A DNA stretch of 64,000 bases from contig OZ076413.1 in NCBI GenBank assembly GCA_964187785.1, positions 49,602,001-49,666,000 of the forward strand, in the 5' to 3' direction. Position numbers and translations under genes: made by a program. This document shows positions 27,901 to 41,600 of the stretch, piece after piece. The DNA comes from Amphiscolops sp. MND2022 (Eukaryota). Numbering within the stretch: position 1 is the first letter of the stretch; every line of letters begins with the position of its first letter. The notes under the pieces were generated by a model, which saw only the letters and a program-made list of their open reading frames with translations, had not been told where the DNA came from and searched no databases.

Positions 27901-30742
27901 TCCCATGTAAGAGAGCCAGGATTAGTGAAAATCTCTTTGCTCACACGCATGTTCGGGGCACAGATGGCGAAATTTACCTCTCGACACTGGCATATTTCTG
28001 TCACTAGGTATACAAAACGTTGAAGAGCTGGAGGCCATTGATTGAATTCAGGCGGGGTCACAAATAACGAAGCAGTCTTCAACTTGTTTCTCACTATTTG
28101 TTGGGCTTTTTCCATGGCCCTCGCCAGATTGATGGCTGCATTGAGGACTACATTCCTCTGAGCTGTTTTTGGGTTCCGGTTTTCAATCTCAGACAATCTG
28201 GTCGTTAATCCTTCGCAGGCTAGGTGGTTTAATACATTAGAGAAGATTACTCTCTTTGGAGGAGGTTCACGATGAGTCCCTGTCACCTCTTGTTCAATCA
28301 TGGCCACTACTACCTCTGTCATTTCAGGGATCCGTGAGAGAGGTATCGTCATTACCAACACGTCCGAGGGTACGTTGTCGATGGGGACGATCTTGCGAAA
28401 GGTCGAATCTACTATCAAGGCGTAGCGCGCACGCTGCAAACTTTCTTTGGTTATCGGTAGTTGAGCTTCTAGGTCTCTTGCATACCTCGAATTTATCCCG
28501 AACGTCTCTCCCGTCACTAGCGCATATCGTTCTTCGAATGTATTTCTCAGATTATTATCCAGTGAGTTCAAATAAGTGTTTTATACGCTGGGAAGTTTAT
28601 TCACTGTTCTATTGAGCCACGCAGGCTCAGAGGCTTGTGAATAATCGGCTCGCAGGGGTCTTCCCAGGAACACAGACACGTTCATTTTTTTTCATATTCG
28701 CATGTTCATAGTCGTGGGGGGGAGGACACATGTTCTTCTTGTATAACCATTCGGGAGAGACAATCACCGCCGCTTCCCAGGTTCTTCTTGGGTCTATCGT
28801 CACCAGTGATCCGAGACGATTTTGCATGGCTTGCAGATAGGTAGGCTGTCTAGTGAATGTCTTTTTGTCACCTGGATTTCGTATCGCTTGTTTTCTGAGT
28901 GGGGTGCCGGTAGGTCCGCTATTTTTCAACTTTACATCAAGATACTCGGACATTATGTCCTTAACAGTTCGTTGCGGGTCTGACGTACCTTGATACCAGG
29001 CGGAGGAGGATTGTGGAGCGCGTAATGTCTGTGGGCGAGTTGTTGCCCGTTGAGATACATTGCTTCGTGAAGATGACTGAGGTGGCGGGGTTGGCTCCGG
29101 AAGTTGTGGTGGTGGTGGTGGCGGAAGCACGGATGCTTCCGACACTACTGATTTCAATTGGCTTAGGTTACTAGTCGGTGCCTTCTCGTTCGAGGCCTTT
29201 TTGTCAAGTGGTGGGTTACTCGACGGACTGTTTCTCACGTTCTGGAGTGGTGGTATCATTGATCGAGTTGGGGAGCGCTCATTACGTTTTCAGGATTCTG
29301 GGCGGCGTTCCCCTCCCTGTCTTTGAGAACACGTCGAGGCACATGGGGGTGAACAACTACGTTCAGAGGCACCAAATTGAGAATGACCAGGTTTATCGGT
29401 GGCTGGGTTGGCAACCGGGATTGAATTCACAGAGGGTGCAGGGAGATTTGTTATTGATATCTGCGGTGGTGCAATGGTTCGCAAGCCAGGCCATTGTTGT
29501 TCCAGATGCGCATGAAGTCTGAGTAGTCCAGATTGGCTGCCATTGCTTGAAGTGCAGACATTCTCGCTTGTTCAGTGATAGGACAATTGGACATGTCAGG
29601 AGGAGTTGGAATGCGTGGAGAAGAAGCTGGAGAGCTTGCGGACTCTCTAGCTTGAGCAAGTGCAGTCGGCAGTGTTTGTTGAGGTGGAGCAGTTGCAGCA
29701 AATAGTTGACGAGGACGATTTTGTCGTACACCTCTGCTCGCGGAACTGTAAGATATTGAAGCACGGTGATCATGAAAATGGTGTGTCAAATCATGTCCTG
29801 ACCAGGTACCACTTTGATAAGTCATGGACCGTTGGAAGCCAGGGAAGGCAGATGTTATTGTGACTGATAAGAAGGGAGCTTGAATTTGAGATTCCATTTG
29901 GGCGATCATCACAACGATTTCCGTCACCGTAGCAGGGGAAATACCAGTTGTAAGGAGATGTCGGACTAGGGCACCTTGTGAGATACGATGCACGCTCGAG
30001 GTGTCGTAAATGCGTTGGCCCATGCTTGGTTAGTCAGTCGGCGTGTGAGGAGGAATACTTCCATCAGATGGATCCATGCTTGGGCATGCAACTTGGTCTG
30101 AAAACGTGAAGGGAGGAATCGAGCAGCCGAGGGTACAAAGGTAATCTATAGATGAATAAACGAAAGGTCATGATAGTATACATAACAAAAACACGAATAA
30201 GGGGTGAAGGTCTTACAAATGGGAGTTATGATCTTTCATAACACTCGCGATTGAAACGTACGTACGATCGTGAAGCACGACGGAAAGCGCAGTATCGGCA
30301 AAAAAAATCCATGAGACACGTGTAAAAGTCGTAAAGGTTTTGCAGAGGACGTTCAGGGTCGATTATAGAAAAGTGAACTTCAGAAGCATCCTGCTTTACT
30401 AGTGTAATTTTTGAATAATCGAGAATGGAAAGGAGGATGTCTACCGTCATCGGGCAGCGTGGAGTTGATCTAGTTATCAACAAGTGAATTGTTTGAGATA
30501 TTCCATTGATTTCGGTTGCTGGTAATGTTAATACGTTTCCAGCCTCTGGTCGTAAACTAAACATTGCATCGACGTTATGTTCACGAAAGATAAATCGAAG
30601 GGCAGCTGAATTGGTTTCTAGGTTGGCAGGGCAGCACAAGACAATATGGTGTGGAGCTTGAAGAAAATCTGTCTGGTCATAATTGATGTTATCCACCAAC
30701 TGTGGGCGTAGGTTTTGTGGTCCAATATGCTCGAGCCAGGTT
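24230..30742 (-). mobile_element. Ty3/gypsy LTR retrotransposon, 3' portion (accessory ORFs 30226-30699, 26336-30023, frameshifted)
   Basis: Higher-GC chain of broken minus-strand ORFs, continuous with 58330-64000 once the 30743-58329 insertion is removed; it ends in the LTR. Confidence 0.7.
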
Positions 30743-30818
30743 CATTACGATACACGTACCGGTAAGCTGCCTTTAGTCAAGCAGCGTAATCTGAGTAAAA
30801 TGGTAAAATGGTCATTCA

Positions 30819-31052
30819 GCGTAAGTTAGTCAAGACGGTCTATGCTTCAACGGTGTAGCAAAATCAACGCGCGTAATGGAAAATTGTGTAAGTTAGTCAA
30901 AACACGTAATTAGAAAAAAGCGGAAGTTAGTCCAAAAATACTCTTTTTCGTAAGTCAGTCAAAACGTTGACTAACTTCCACTTTTTGCAAATTGAGGGAC
31001 TCCTATACTTCCGAAAAGTGGAATGTGGTCAAAGTTTTGACTAACTTACACC
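30819..31052. repeat. Left subterminal repeats (G/C)GTAAGTTAGTCAA, direct and inverted
   Basis: Copies near 30819, 30886, 30921, 30949; inverted copies near 30967 and 31038; related copies at 58095-58177. Confidence 0.8.
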
Positions 31053-31833
31053 ATGTTTATATGCATTCAAAACTCAGTGTTCATTTTAATTCTAATTCAT
31101 ACCACAGCATCATAAACCAGTCAAAGTAAACAATGATTCAATAAATAATTAGTTATCATTACTGAGCTCTACCGTGCATAGTACGTATAAACTGCATTCA
31201 ATGCAAGTTGCACACGTGAACACGTGTGTTTCTTCCACGCATTTACGTGCAAATAAAATACCTTGTAGCTTCTAATTAGTACAATTGATTGATCTGTCAA
31301 CAGGTTTCCTATTTTAACAAAACAATTTTAAAGCAGCCCTCATTAATAGTTGCCTAACGAATTTTAATTTTGGTCCCTGTCGTGAGCACAGTCACCGGAA
31401 TGATTGGTTAACTTGTTATTTTGGTCTGGGTATTTTGAGCCAGGGTATTGGCAAGGATCTATTTTGATCCCTGTCGTGAGCAACATCAAGAAAAGTTGTA
31501 ACAAATAATCTATACGAAGTTGAAACTTTATCAAACCGAAAACAGTAGTTTATGGAATACCGATCTTGAATTATTGAACTAAAAACGAAGTTTGGACCAT
31601 GTGCCTTATCCTCCCTCAGATAAATACTGTTTCTTATCCAACAACACCCCCCCCATCCTTCAATTGGTCAAATGGAAAAGAGAATGAGAGAATTGATTTC
31701 AAAATTGAATTACTTTGTATCATGGTTAAGCATTAAAAGCATTGAATAAAGCCACGTGACATATACGTCTCGTTACATATACGGTACATGTATGTTTTAA
31801 AAGTTTATGACTGTGTGCAAAGCAGCGGCAAGT

Positions 31834-31915
31834 GGGGATGTTGGCGCGGTGGATAAGTCCATCGGATGTGACTGTTAGTCACTGAGTACCACAGGATCGA
31901 TCCCAGCCATTAGCA
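31834..31915 (+). repeat. tRNA-derived SINE head, followed by repeated body fragments (~31991, 32673, 33019, 33101)
   Basis: TGGCGCGGTGG (A box) and GGATCGATCCC (B-box-like); a ~60-bp CCACATTGAAGGTATCA...GATGAGAGGAACT unit recurs about 4 times. Confidence 0.45.
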
Positions 31916-32146
31916 CACTGGCGAATCGATACATACAACTCTTACAAAGATACCCTTCATATTTGGCAGCTCATGTCTCTCGGGCCGAATATTCCACATT
32001 GAAGGTATCAGCACCGCTGCAACATCCTTTTTGATGAGAGGAACTCCAAGGTGTGACCTTGTTCTGTGCCGCAACTTTGTGTGCCCCACAAATGATGCAA
32101 TGATGATTGCTAATGATTGCAATGATTAGAGATGGCGAGATACTAG

Positions 32147-32571
32147 CAGGGATGTTAAAATATTTATTTATCGTTTCGATAACCGCGATAAAATATCGGA
32201 ATACATTATTGTTGCCTAGAAAATATTCAGATTTTTTATTGTCCAAAAAAAATGAATTCCAATAATCGTGTGAAGCGTGCCTCGATTATCGACCAGTCTA
32301 AAAGCGAAACACATTTTGTCGCCAGAAAGAAAGCGATTATACCCAATGCATGTTGAAGCCCTCATGTTTCTCAAAGCAAACGAAAAATTATGGGATGCAA
32401 TACTGGTTTTGAAACTTTAGCAGCTAGAACTGTGAACAACGATAATAGAAAATACTTCGATAATTTATTGTTGAGTTTGTAAAAATCCGATAATTTATCG
32501 CTGTGTTTGAAAAATATAAATAATTTATTGTTGTTCACAATATTATTGCGATAAAATAATTAACATCCCTG
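32147..32571 (+). mobile_element. hAT deletion derivative
   Basis: TIR CAGGGATGTTAA; 8-bp TSD GATACTAG; internal SKAKHILSPERKRLYPMHVEALMFLKANEKLWD is a hAT C-terminal dimerisation-domain remnant. Confidence 0.9.
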
Positions 32572-35188
32572 GATACTAGTATCCAAATTCTGGCCCCCAT
32601 TCCTGGCTGCCAATGATATTCATAAAACTCTGACAAAGACACCCTTCCTATTCGGCGTCTCATGTCGCCGAATATTCCACATTGATGGTATTAACACCGC
32701 CGAAATATCCTTTTTGATGAGAGGAACTTTGATGGTGAATTCCCAAATAACATAAGAGCAAATAACATAAAAACGAAATTAGTTTCAAACAACATAAAAA
32801 TGAAATGAGTTTGACTAAACATAAAAATAAAATTGTTTACGAGAAGGTTTTATCTGTCAAAAGCATTCACATTTCAAAAGATTCACTCAAAAAAGTATGA
32901 AAATTACAAATAAACTTTCGTGAGTTCGATTACTTAACCGGGTATTCGGTTTTATTTTTATGTTATTTGAACCTAATTTTGTAGTAGTAGTAGTAGTAGT
33001 AGTAGTATGTAGTAGAAAATCCCACATTGAAGGTATCAACACCGCTGTAACATCCTTGTAGTAGTAGTAGTAGCCTACTCAGTAGGCTACCTTCTGAGAA
33101 AATCCCACATTGAAGGAATCAACACCGCTGTAACATCCTTGTTGATGAGAGGAACTCTTGAATGTAAACTTCCTTAAAAAGTTTAGACTGGTCCGATTAA
33201 CTGTTTAAACTGATTGATTACGCAAAAATAGTGTGAAGAATTGAGATTCTAAATTCCAAACTCTCAATTTGAAAAAAATTAAATTGATGGTTTCTAGTTT
33301 GTATTCAACTTGAATACAAACTAGAAACCATCAATTTAATTTTTTTCAAAGTGAGAGTTTGGAATTGAGATACAAACATTCTTTTTTTGAAATCTTCTGA
33401 TCTTTTTTTGATACCTGTCGTGAGCTTCAGCAAAAACTGTTCCGAAAAATTGTTTTTTCGATTAACTGTACTCTTTTGTACGAAAGAAAGGAAAGTAACG
33501 ACAAGATTAAAAAGCCATTAGTTTAAAAGTAACCCGCTTTTGAGTTTTGTAAACGAACGATTTTCATAAATCAGGGAAGTTTACAAAAGTGTAGTTCCAA
33601 ACTGAACGAACTGTTTCATTCTTTTGTTTACCATTCATCAATCAAATTTTAAGTTGTTACAGCTACTCATGGTTTTCTTTAAGGATGCGAATAAGTCCTA
33701 CCTTATAAGGTAACGAAAGTTTCACTCATCATGAGTGATGATCAGCTCTCATTTCCTTATAAGGTACGCGCTGTCCCATTTCTATGAAAAAGCTACCTTA
33801 TTACCTTATTTGGTCAATACGGTGATTCATCGTTGACGAACAAGCGTGCGCGTATTACCTTATTTGGTCAGTAAGCGCCTGCTTTAAAGTATTTCAAGTT
33901 TGATCGCGGTAAAATTCCAATTAAATTGGCGGTTATCAGATCTTCTCGAAGAGACCAATTTCCCTTATGAGTAGGCATTGGATTTATTTGGAAATTACAG
34001 TAGTAGCAGAAGCATACAATAAAATATGGATACCATTTGGTTGATGGCTAGACAATACGGAAAAAAATACGGAAGAAGCGTTGAATATGTGAAAGTAAAA
34101 ACAGTCTTTACTTCTGAGTCAGAAATAAATACTGTTTTTATTTTCACATATTCAACGCTTCTTCCGTATTCTGAGAAGTACTGAGATTAGTGATTGTTAA
34201 TCGTGTCGCTTCTCAGAAACGTCAATTTAGCTAAGTATTGAATAATTTCTATCAAAATAGATATAAACTTATGTAAGGCGAAATATGGAGAAACATGACA
34301 TTTGGATACAAATAAATCCTAAGCCTACTCATGATTGTTCGCTATGGATGAATCAAATGAAGATGTTTGGAATTTGGCAGTCAGAATTTGTAACAGACAG
34401 CAATATCATTGTTTTGTTGGTAAATATGAACGCTAATGCGAATTCTAAAATTGATGATTGACACTTCAATAGTGATTCTTTCTCACCACTGTTACAATAC
34501 GCTTCTGACAGCAGAAAGTGGTTCGCAATACTAGCCCCGAGAAGAAAAGTTTAGCTCCGAAATTTATTATTACTAGAAAAGCAAAACGGTTGACCGTTGA
34601 ATCCTCTCCCTTTACAGAAGTTTCAACAGTGTTAGTAGGTAAGATATTGATAGTTTTGTTTCCTTTCCGTAGTATTCAGCTATCTAAAAATTTATTCTCT
34701 TCACTAAAAGCTTTAAATATAGTATATCTTCAAACAAACTCCTGTTTCACCTCCTTTGGAAAAACGAATAATTCTTCTATATTGAATCTGAATCAGTTAC
34801 TAAGGAACTGGATATAAGTTGAGTCGGACACTTTTCAATGTCCCTCATATTATCGTCACGGCTGTGATTACGCTCACGGCAGGGACCAAAGTTCAGAAAT
34901 TTGATTGAGAGTAAAAACATTTATGGTAAACAAGGTAACTCAGTAAACAAACAAAATCCTGAAATTTGGTCCCTGTCGTGAGCGCAATGTTATTAAACAA
35001 TTCATTAACTTGTCAGCATAACAACAAACACTGTCTGCCAGGCAACAGTGGCCGACAATAATTGATAAATTGTTTAATGCGTAAATTTAATGATTAAATT
35101 TACGCATTAAACAATTTATCAATTATTGTCGGCCAGACCGTGATGATGAATTGTTTAATGATAAATTGTTTAAACTGAGTTGCAGCTA

Positions 35189-35549
35189 CTAGGTGAACCA
35201 AAAAAAACGGAACGTACAAAAAATTCTTGAGCTCTCAAAGATCCAAATATTTGACAACTGAAGTTTCAAAGCAACGTTCAACGCTCCTGTCAATCATTCA
35301 AATTTGGTATATTTCTTAGAAGCGAAAATGCTTTCGCACATTGAAAGTAAGAACGAAATGACTGGTATAGACGTCTAGACTATTTTTGATGGTTCAAACC
35401 ATCATTCGTTGGAGATGTGATTACGTAATATGAGCTTCAATCAAAATATTTGATAGATAAAATTGAAAGATTCTCAGTGCCTTGTTTACAAACAATACGA
35501 TTTTGAAGACACAAAAATTTGCACGTTCCGTTTTTTTTGGTTCACCTAG
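35189..35549. mobile_element. MITE with TA TSD; partial copy at ~45979-46176
   Basis: TA|CTAGGTGAACCAAAAAAAACGGAACG...CGTTCCGTTTTTTTTGGTTCACCTAG|TA. Confidence 0.8.
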
Positions 35550-35775
35550 TAATTTTGGTCCCTGGTGTAAGCGCCTGATGTAATAAAACGTTCCTATGAC
35601 TAAAATGACTCCGATGACTTCTGATCAAGGAAAACGCTAATTTGAAACTTCCATTTTGTAATTTTTGTATTTATGATACTTTTATTTAAAAAATGCAATA
35701 ATCATGATCGTAATCATTTGAGGATCACACCATTTGAATATCATATGAAAAGTTACATGACAAATGAAGTTGAAA

Positions 35776-37787
35776 TTAGGAGCAATGTTCCTTTACGTGC
35801 ATCCTATAATTTTCCATTGTCTTGAAATTAACATTGGATACGAGTGTCGCGTGAACATTAATGTTGCTGTTGAAGTTTAGAGTTGATGTTTTGTCAACTT
35901 TGAATTTCAGGGACGTAATGACAGCTGTTCCATCCGCAACTTTGTCCCATTCGTTGCCCAATATGTGGTCCCATGCTGATGTTGAAAAAGGGCCGTCGTC
36001 TTCTTTGATGGAGAATGTCACTGGGCCATTTGTGACACCGAACGCGTGAATCGTCGCATCAGTGCAAGGGGCAAAATCTTGCTTGATGTCTTTGACTCTG
36101 CTGCGTCCACTGAGGGAATTCATCAGCAAGTTTTTCAGGTTAGAATATGCCCAATACACTAACGCATGGTCGTCGTATAACGGCGCGCCAGGTGCGTTTT
36201 CAACTGCTCCCAGTCTTTTTTTCCGGAGATAACTTACAGGGACTGTTGCGTTAAAGGAAGGATCGTCCTGTTTTTCGACTTCTACGAGAAGTTTCGTCTT
36301 TAAATAGTAAATAGAATTAATCTTCCAATCGCAGCCCAAAATTTCAACAATGTCTCCCTTGATGACGACTCCGGTGCTGATGGGGACACAAACTAGTTCT
36401 TTTCGTTCAAGTGGGGTACTTTTGAAACTCTGGGAAGGTCCACCAATTATGGCCTGGTATTGCATCAGGATTACCCGGGCCGAATAATTTATCGTAGTCA
36501 CTATTCCAAAGTTTAAAAAATATTAGAAAAATGTTTGAAAAGTACTACAACTAACCCATTGAACCTATTTTGGTTGGTGATATGCAAATGATAATAGGTA
36601 TTTTTGCCAAAATTGAGAACTCAATTCGCTTCGGAAAAACTGAGGATAAAGCACTTCGGAAACTTTTCCTAGTAGTATTGTCAAAAAGATTTATGTATTC
36701 TACAAAAAAAATCAAATCAACTGTACGTGCTTTTTCTCGGGAGGCTGCCAACAACTTGCAACGTTAAACTTGCAATCATTCAACCCTCATAGTCTAGCTA
36801 AAAAATAGTTGTACCTCTGTTAAAAAAATATTGAAGTAGTATTTTCGGTAAGCCTGCTTTACATCAATTTTAGTCTTCTTTTTAGGCATCTTGGCGGGGA
36901 TCGTGGCCTCTATTCCGCGGGTCACCAACACCGTGACTTTTTTGTCAAACACCGTCTTTTTGTCGCATCTTGAAGTAACGTGTTCTTCGTCAGATTCATC
37001 CGAGGACTCGGAGTCCTCGGGTTCTTCGAATTTCACTTTTTTGAAAACGGATGCTGCCTTTTGTGACGATTCGCATCGAAGCTGGTAGTATTTGATGGGG
37101 ACCAAATTCACATTTTCCAGCTGTTCTTCGAAAAAAACGTTTTCCTCTATTGGTATCACAACTGGCGATATCAACATTTCTTTACGGAAGGGATCGTTTT
37201 TCATTACGAAACCTTCTTCGATGTCCCCTATGTGTCGTACGCCGTCTTTAGCATGGGCCAGTGTGTAATGAACTTTATCGTTTCTAACACGTTTTTCTTT
37301 CATGTAGCCCAGAACATCAAGGCTCAGTGTCAGTTCAACGCTACGGCTGTAGCTTGGAATTGGCGTTTCGTTCTTTCGGATGGGCCATTTCTCTGGAAAG
37401 TCGTGGAATTTTGGGGGTGTTCTAACAACTCCTGCTGCATGTTTTGAGTTGTAATCTAACCATTTGACTTTCGCCTGGAAACAAAAACGTTTTAAAATGT
37501 AACTCATTGAACAAAATTCATTAGCAGTAGTGATATTTCTGAAAGCAACAAATGGCAAGACTGAAAATCGAATATCTCTAAAACAACAGCGATTTCTGAA
37601 AAAAAATTATGAGGATGAAAGTTTCTTAGATTTTTATGTATGTTTATTTGAAGAATATAGGATGCAAATTTAATACCTCATGAGTTCGGTGAAATTCGGT
37701 GACGTAGGTTGATCGCCAAAGTCCACATTCTTCCTCGAAACATTGCAGGAGTTCTCCGACTTTGAAATTTTTCGAGAATGTCTGCAT
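35776..37787 (-). CDS. ~564-aa protein with N-terminal Tudor/royal-family-like domain. Exons 37787-37677, 37474-36815, 36754-36556, 36500-35776.
   Basis: GT-AG introns, phases consistent (1695 nt). The spliced N-terminus FKVGELLQCFEEECGLWRSTYVTEFHRTHEAKVKWLDYNS fits the Tudor pattern F.VG....G.W....V.....A.V.W.DY. An acidic tract follows; the rest is unrecognised. Confidence 0.6.
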
Positions 37788-37974
37788 TGTCTGTTGTTTC
37801 GCACTCGGTTCAAGACTCGGTACTAGTAGTGGGTTTAAGAGGACTAAATTCAGTGTCTTTGTAGTGAAATGAGACTAATATTATGTTGCTCTAAGCAAGC
37901 TAAGTTAGCAAAAAGACTTCAACTTGAACTGACTTCAACAAAAATTAGAATAACTTCAACTTAAACTTGTCACA

Positions 37975-38405
37975 GCCACAAAACCAAATTGGGTTAAATT
38001 GGTCCAGAATGATATACCGGCCCGCGGGCGTTAATTTGAACCAATATGGTCAAAACTTAGATTTTCGGATAATCAGTTGAATTGCACAATGGAAAAATTA
38101 GTCTATTTAATGATGCTATTCATTACTATCCAATTTATAGTAATGAACGATGCCTCCTATGATGGGGATGACCATCATTACAAGGCCCACTTCATCCAAT
38201 ATTCAATCTTGGTTGAAACCTAAACCACAAAACCAAATTGGGTTAAATTGTTCCAGAGTATTTTGCCGGCCCGGGGGCGTTAATTTGAACTTGATTTTCG
38301 AATAATGATAATTATGAAGTGATTAGATAATGATGCCCCGTCCTGGCTGACTTCAAGTCACGCTGATAAGTCACGCTGATAAGTCACGCTTTAAGTTACG
38401 CTGAT
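37975..38405. promoter_or_regulatory. Divergent intergenic region with duplicated ~65-bp block and AAGTCACGCTGAT tandem
   Basis: CCACAAAACCAAATTGGGTTAAATTG...GGCGTTAATTTGAAC at ~37976 and ~38225; 3-4 tandem AAGTCACGCT units at 38355-38405. It lies between head-to-head genes. Confidence 0.4.
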
Positions 38406-38623
38406 TGACCATCTTACGCTGCATGACTGAAATCCATTCTACCGGGAAGTGTCTCGTAATTACATCGTAAAATCGAAAAGGGAATAAGTTTTTGAATTCA
38501 TCATTTGAAATCAATTCCTCGTCAAGTTCAGACCTCAATTTTATTCAAACTTCTCAACTATATTGTTGCAACAACCAGTTTACTAATCTCTTGAATTCGA
38601 GAATCAAACTGAAATTTTCCAAA

Positions 38624-41600
38624 ATGCTCGATGCTTCTTTTTCTCAAACAACATCTTCCCAAACTTCGGTCAACATTGCTATCGAGCAAATTATTGCCCG
38701 TCATTTGAATGATGATGGAATTGTACAAGAAGTTATCCATGAACTCGCGCCTCCTCCTGTTCTGACAAGTCAGATATCTCATCCTCACGCTCAGGCTGAT
38801 ATATATGACTTCGTTCCATCGAACTCATCAATGCCAGCAGTAATCGCCGAAAATCATACAGGTTCAACATTTTTTGGTACTTTAAAACGTTTATTGGGTG
38901 CATTATACTTTTTCCCTCGGCTATGTGTCGTCTGTTGATAGTTCCAGTTACGTAGTTACACTCAGTGTCAGTAATTTGCATAATTCTAAATGAATGTCGC
39001 ACTATGTCAGATAAATTTTACGGAACAAAGTGCTCTACATAACTGGGTAGCGTTCTAAAGTATTGCAAATCCATAATAATACTTGACTATATACCACAAT
39101 AATAAGTTGAATAATATCCATAATAAGTTGAATAATACTTTCTGAACAAGTTTTGGTCAAACATTTGCCGTCGAGAATGATCCTGCCGAATTAGTAATTA
39201 GTAAACTACAAAATAAACATGATTTCAGTTCAATTCGCAGTGTGTATATAACTGAAATCCTGAGTGATTTCACTGGAATAATTTTATGCCTTGTAATGGA
39301 GCTCACACCAGGGACCAAAATTTTGAAATCAATCGTAGAACATCGAAATTGTTTTTGTGAAAAACGGATGTTTCCAACTGAGTAAATTATTGAGCTAAAC
39401 AATCAGTGTAGGATAAAAATAGTTTTTTTTTAGATAACTGAATGCAATCAATTTTTTCTGAATTTCCTTGGATTTATATGCTTTCTCTTATTTTAAAAAA
39501 AAACAGATTGATATCAAAAATCAATTAGGTTTCGGTAATCAAATGTTTCTTGATTGGCAGAAAATGGCATGTTTATTGTATTTAAGGTTATCAAACTCCA
39601 TCATGGAAACCCCCAGGCCCCAAAGAGCAGCTTGAAAATTCTAGTGTCCCGCTTCAAACACGCCCAGAGGGATTGAATAACCCCCATTCAACACCACATC
39701 CGAACCATGCGTCATCAACGAACTTCGCCGCTCCATTGAGCCCGATCGACGCGGTCAATTCCAACGGGAGCAACTATGATTCTCCCCTCGAACTTCAGCC
39801 AGCGGCCCAGGATGCAGATGGTCGTGGTGAACTGTTGAGCGTCATGTCAAAATGGGCAGAAGGACGCTCTCATGTCGAACATCTAGTGGAAACTGACCGT
39901 GTTCCTCAAAAAGAAGGAGCCATGCTTGTGTTCCAGTCGCTCGTGATCATCTGGTGTGTCATCAACAACTACCCTGCCCGACTTCTCAAGAAGTTCACTG
40001 TGTATGACTTTGTGAACTTCGTCAAGAAAGGAAATGGTCAATATGTTTGTGCTGTGACTGATGGAAACAAGTACAAATTTAGGAGGGCTTTAAAGTTCAA
40101 CGAGTTCGAGCAAAAAGTGATGACTTTCTATTTCAAACGTGTTCGCCCATTTTGGATAAATGCATTCGATGTTCTGAAAGACAGTTTTCTCACAGAACCC
40201 TTAGATTTGACTCTGCAAGAAGTAACACAGTCATTTTTTTATAATTCACTAGGGAAAAAGCAATTGAATGTTACCAGAGTTTGTGAGAACTTTCAAAACA
40301 AAATGAATGCAACCCACAGGAAGCCGAAAAGAAGACTCATCTACGAGCCAACTACAACAATTCTCGAAAATGATGGAACTGTTAGTTCAACAGTGGAAAT
40401 GATATCGCAGGCAACCAAAACGCCACCAAACAACACCCCCGATTCTGATTCAGCAGCTCAAAGACAGTTGAAGCCAGTGGAGATGACTACGATGTCCCCG
40501 ACTTCAAAAAAACAACTGTTCTACTCTAGTGATAGCTTTACCAGTCTCAATTCAGTAAGTTAAATCTTTTAGTATCCATCATTACGATACACGTACCGGT
40601 ATGCTGCTGTCAGTCAAGCAGCGCAATCTGAGTAAAATGGTAAAATGGTCATTCAGCGTAAGTTAGTCAAGTATGGAGTAGAACAGATGATCGTGCGCAC
40701 TGGAAAGTTATTGGATTGAATTTGGTCCCTGCCATGAGCACAGCTGAAAATTTTTATTCAATAAAAATTTTCTCAGCTGTTCTCATGGGAGGGACCAAAT
40801 TCAACCCAATCAAGTTGATCCTCAGGAGTTGAACTTGATTGGGTTGAATTTGGTCCCTGCGATGAGCACAGCTGAAAATTTTGGACTGAATTTTTTGGAC
40901 TGAAAAAGTCCACATTGCTCGAGGTGAACAAAACTCCTACAAAACTCTACTAAAGTAGTTAGTTTATGAAATTTTTCAGGTGAAAAAATTTTTCATTCTT
41001 CCGAATAATCCCGAGGACACTATTCCGACGCCGGCCGAATGCAGGGAAGAAATCATGAGAAGAGTTTGCATTGATGCGGCAGCAGCAAAAAACCTCGGAG
41101 GACGTGTGAATGACCACTTGCGCTACAAACTCGTGAATTTGCGTGTCCAAAAAACCATTAACTTCTTCCATGGACCGACTCAACCGTCCCGAGATTGCGT
41201 AGCAAAATTCGTCCGCAATCGTGGTTGGTCGGATCACGCAAGAATTGTCGACCAAGCGATGATAGCGTGGAAGCCTGCAAATAGTGATGTTAGACGAATC
41301 ACTAGACGTACAGTACCTGAAGTAATTCAGACGGATCTCGGAAGAGGCGTGTGTATGTTTTTTTGCAAGCTGACATCAACTTTTGTGAACACCTCAAAAA
41401 TACAAGAGTACATCTGTAACCAAGAGTGGCCCTTCCTCCAAGTTCGTGAAAAAATATTGTTCGCGAATGGTTCTGTCGGCCGCGGAGTGGTCACAACTGC
41501 CTCAATCAAAGAATCGGAAATAGTTTGTGACTACCACACAGACCTTGTCATAGACCAGGCACTATTACGAGAACGTTCAAACACGCAGTATGTTCTTGAC

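Noticed and set aside
25705..29863. Plus-strand ORFs such as 25705-26037, 27272-27823 and 29178-29522
   Set aside because: Antisense shadows of the minus-strand retrotransposon ORFs.
31834..31915. Functional tRNA gene (also ~1655-1730 and ~21750-21805)
   Set aside because: A/B boxes are present but no convincing cloverleaf; better explained as SINE heads.
32981..33073. (GTA)n microsatellite
   Set aside because: Ordinary simple repeat, probably a SINE tail.
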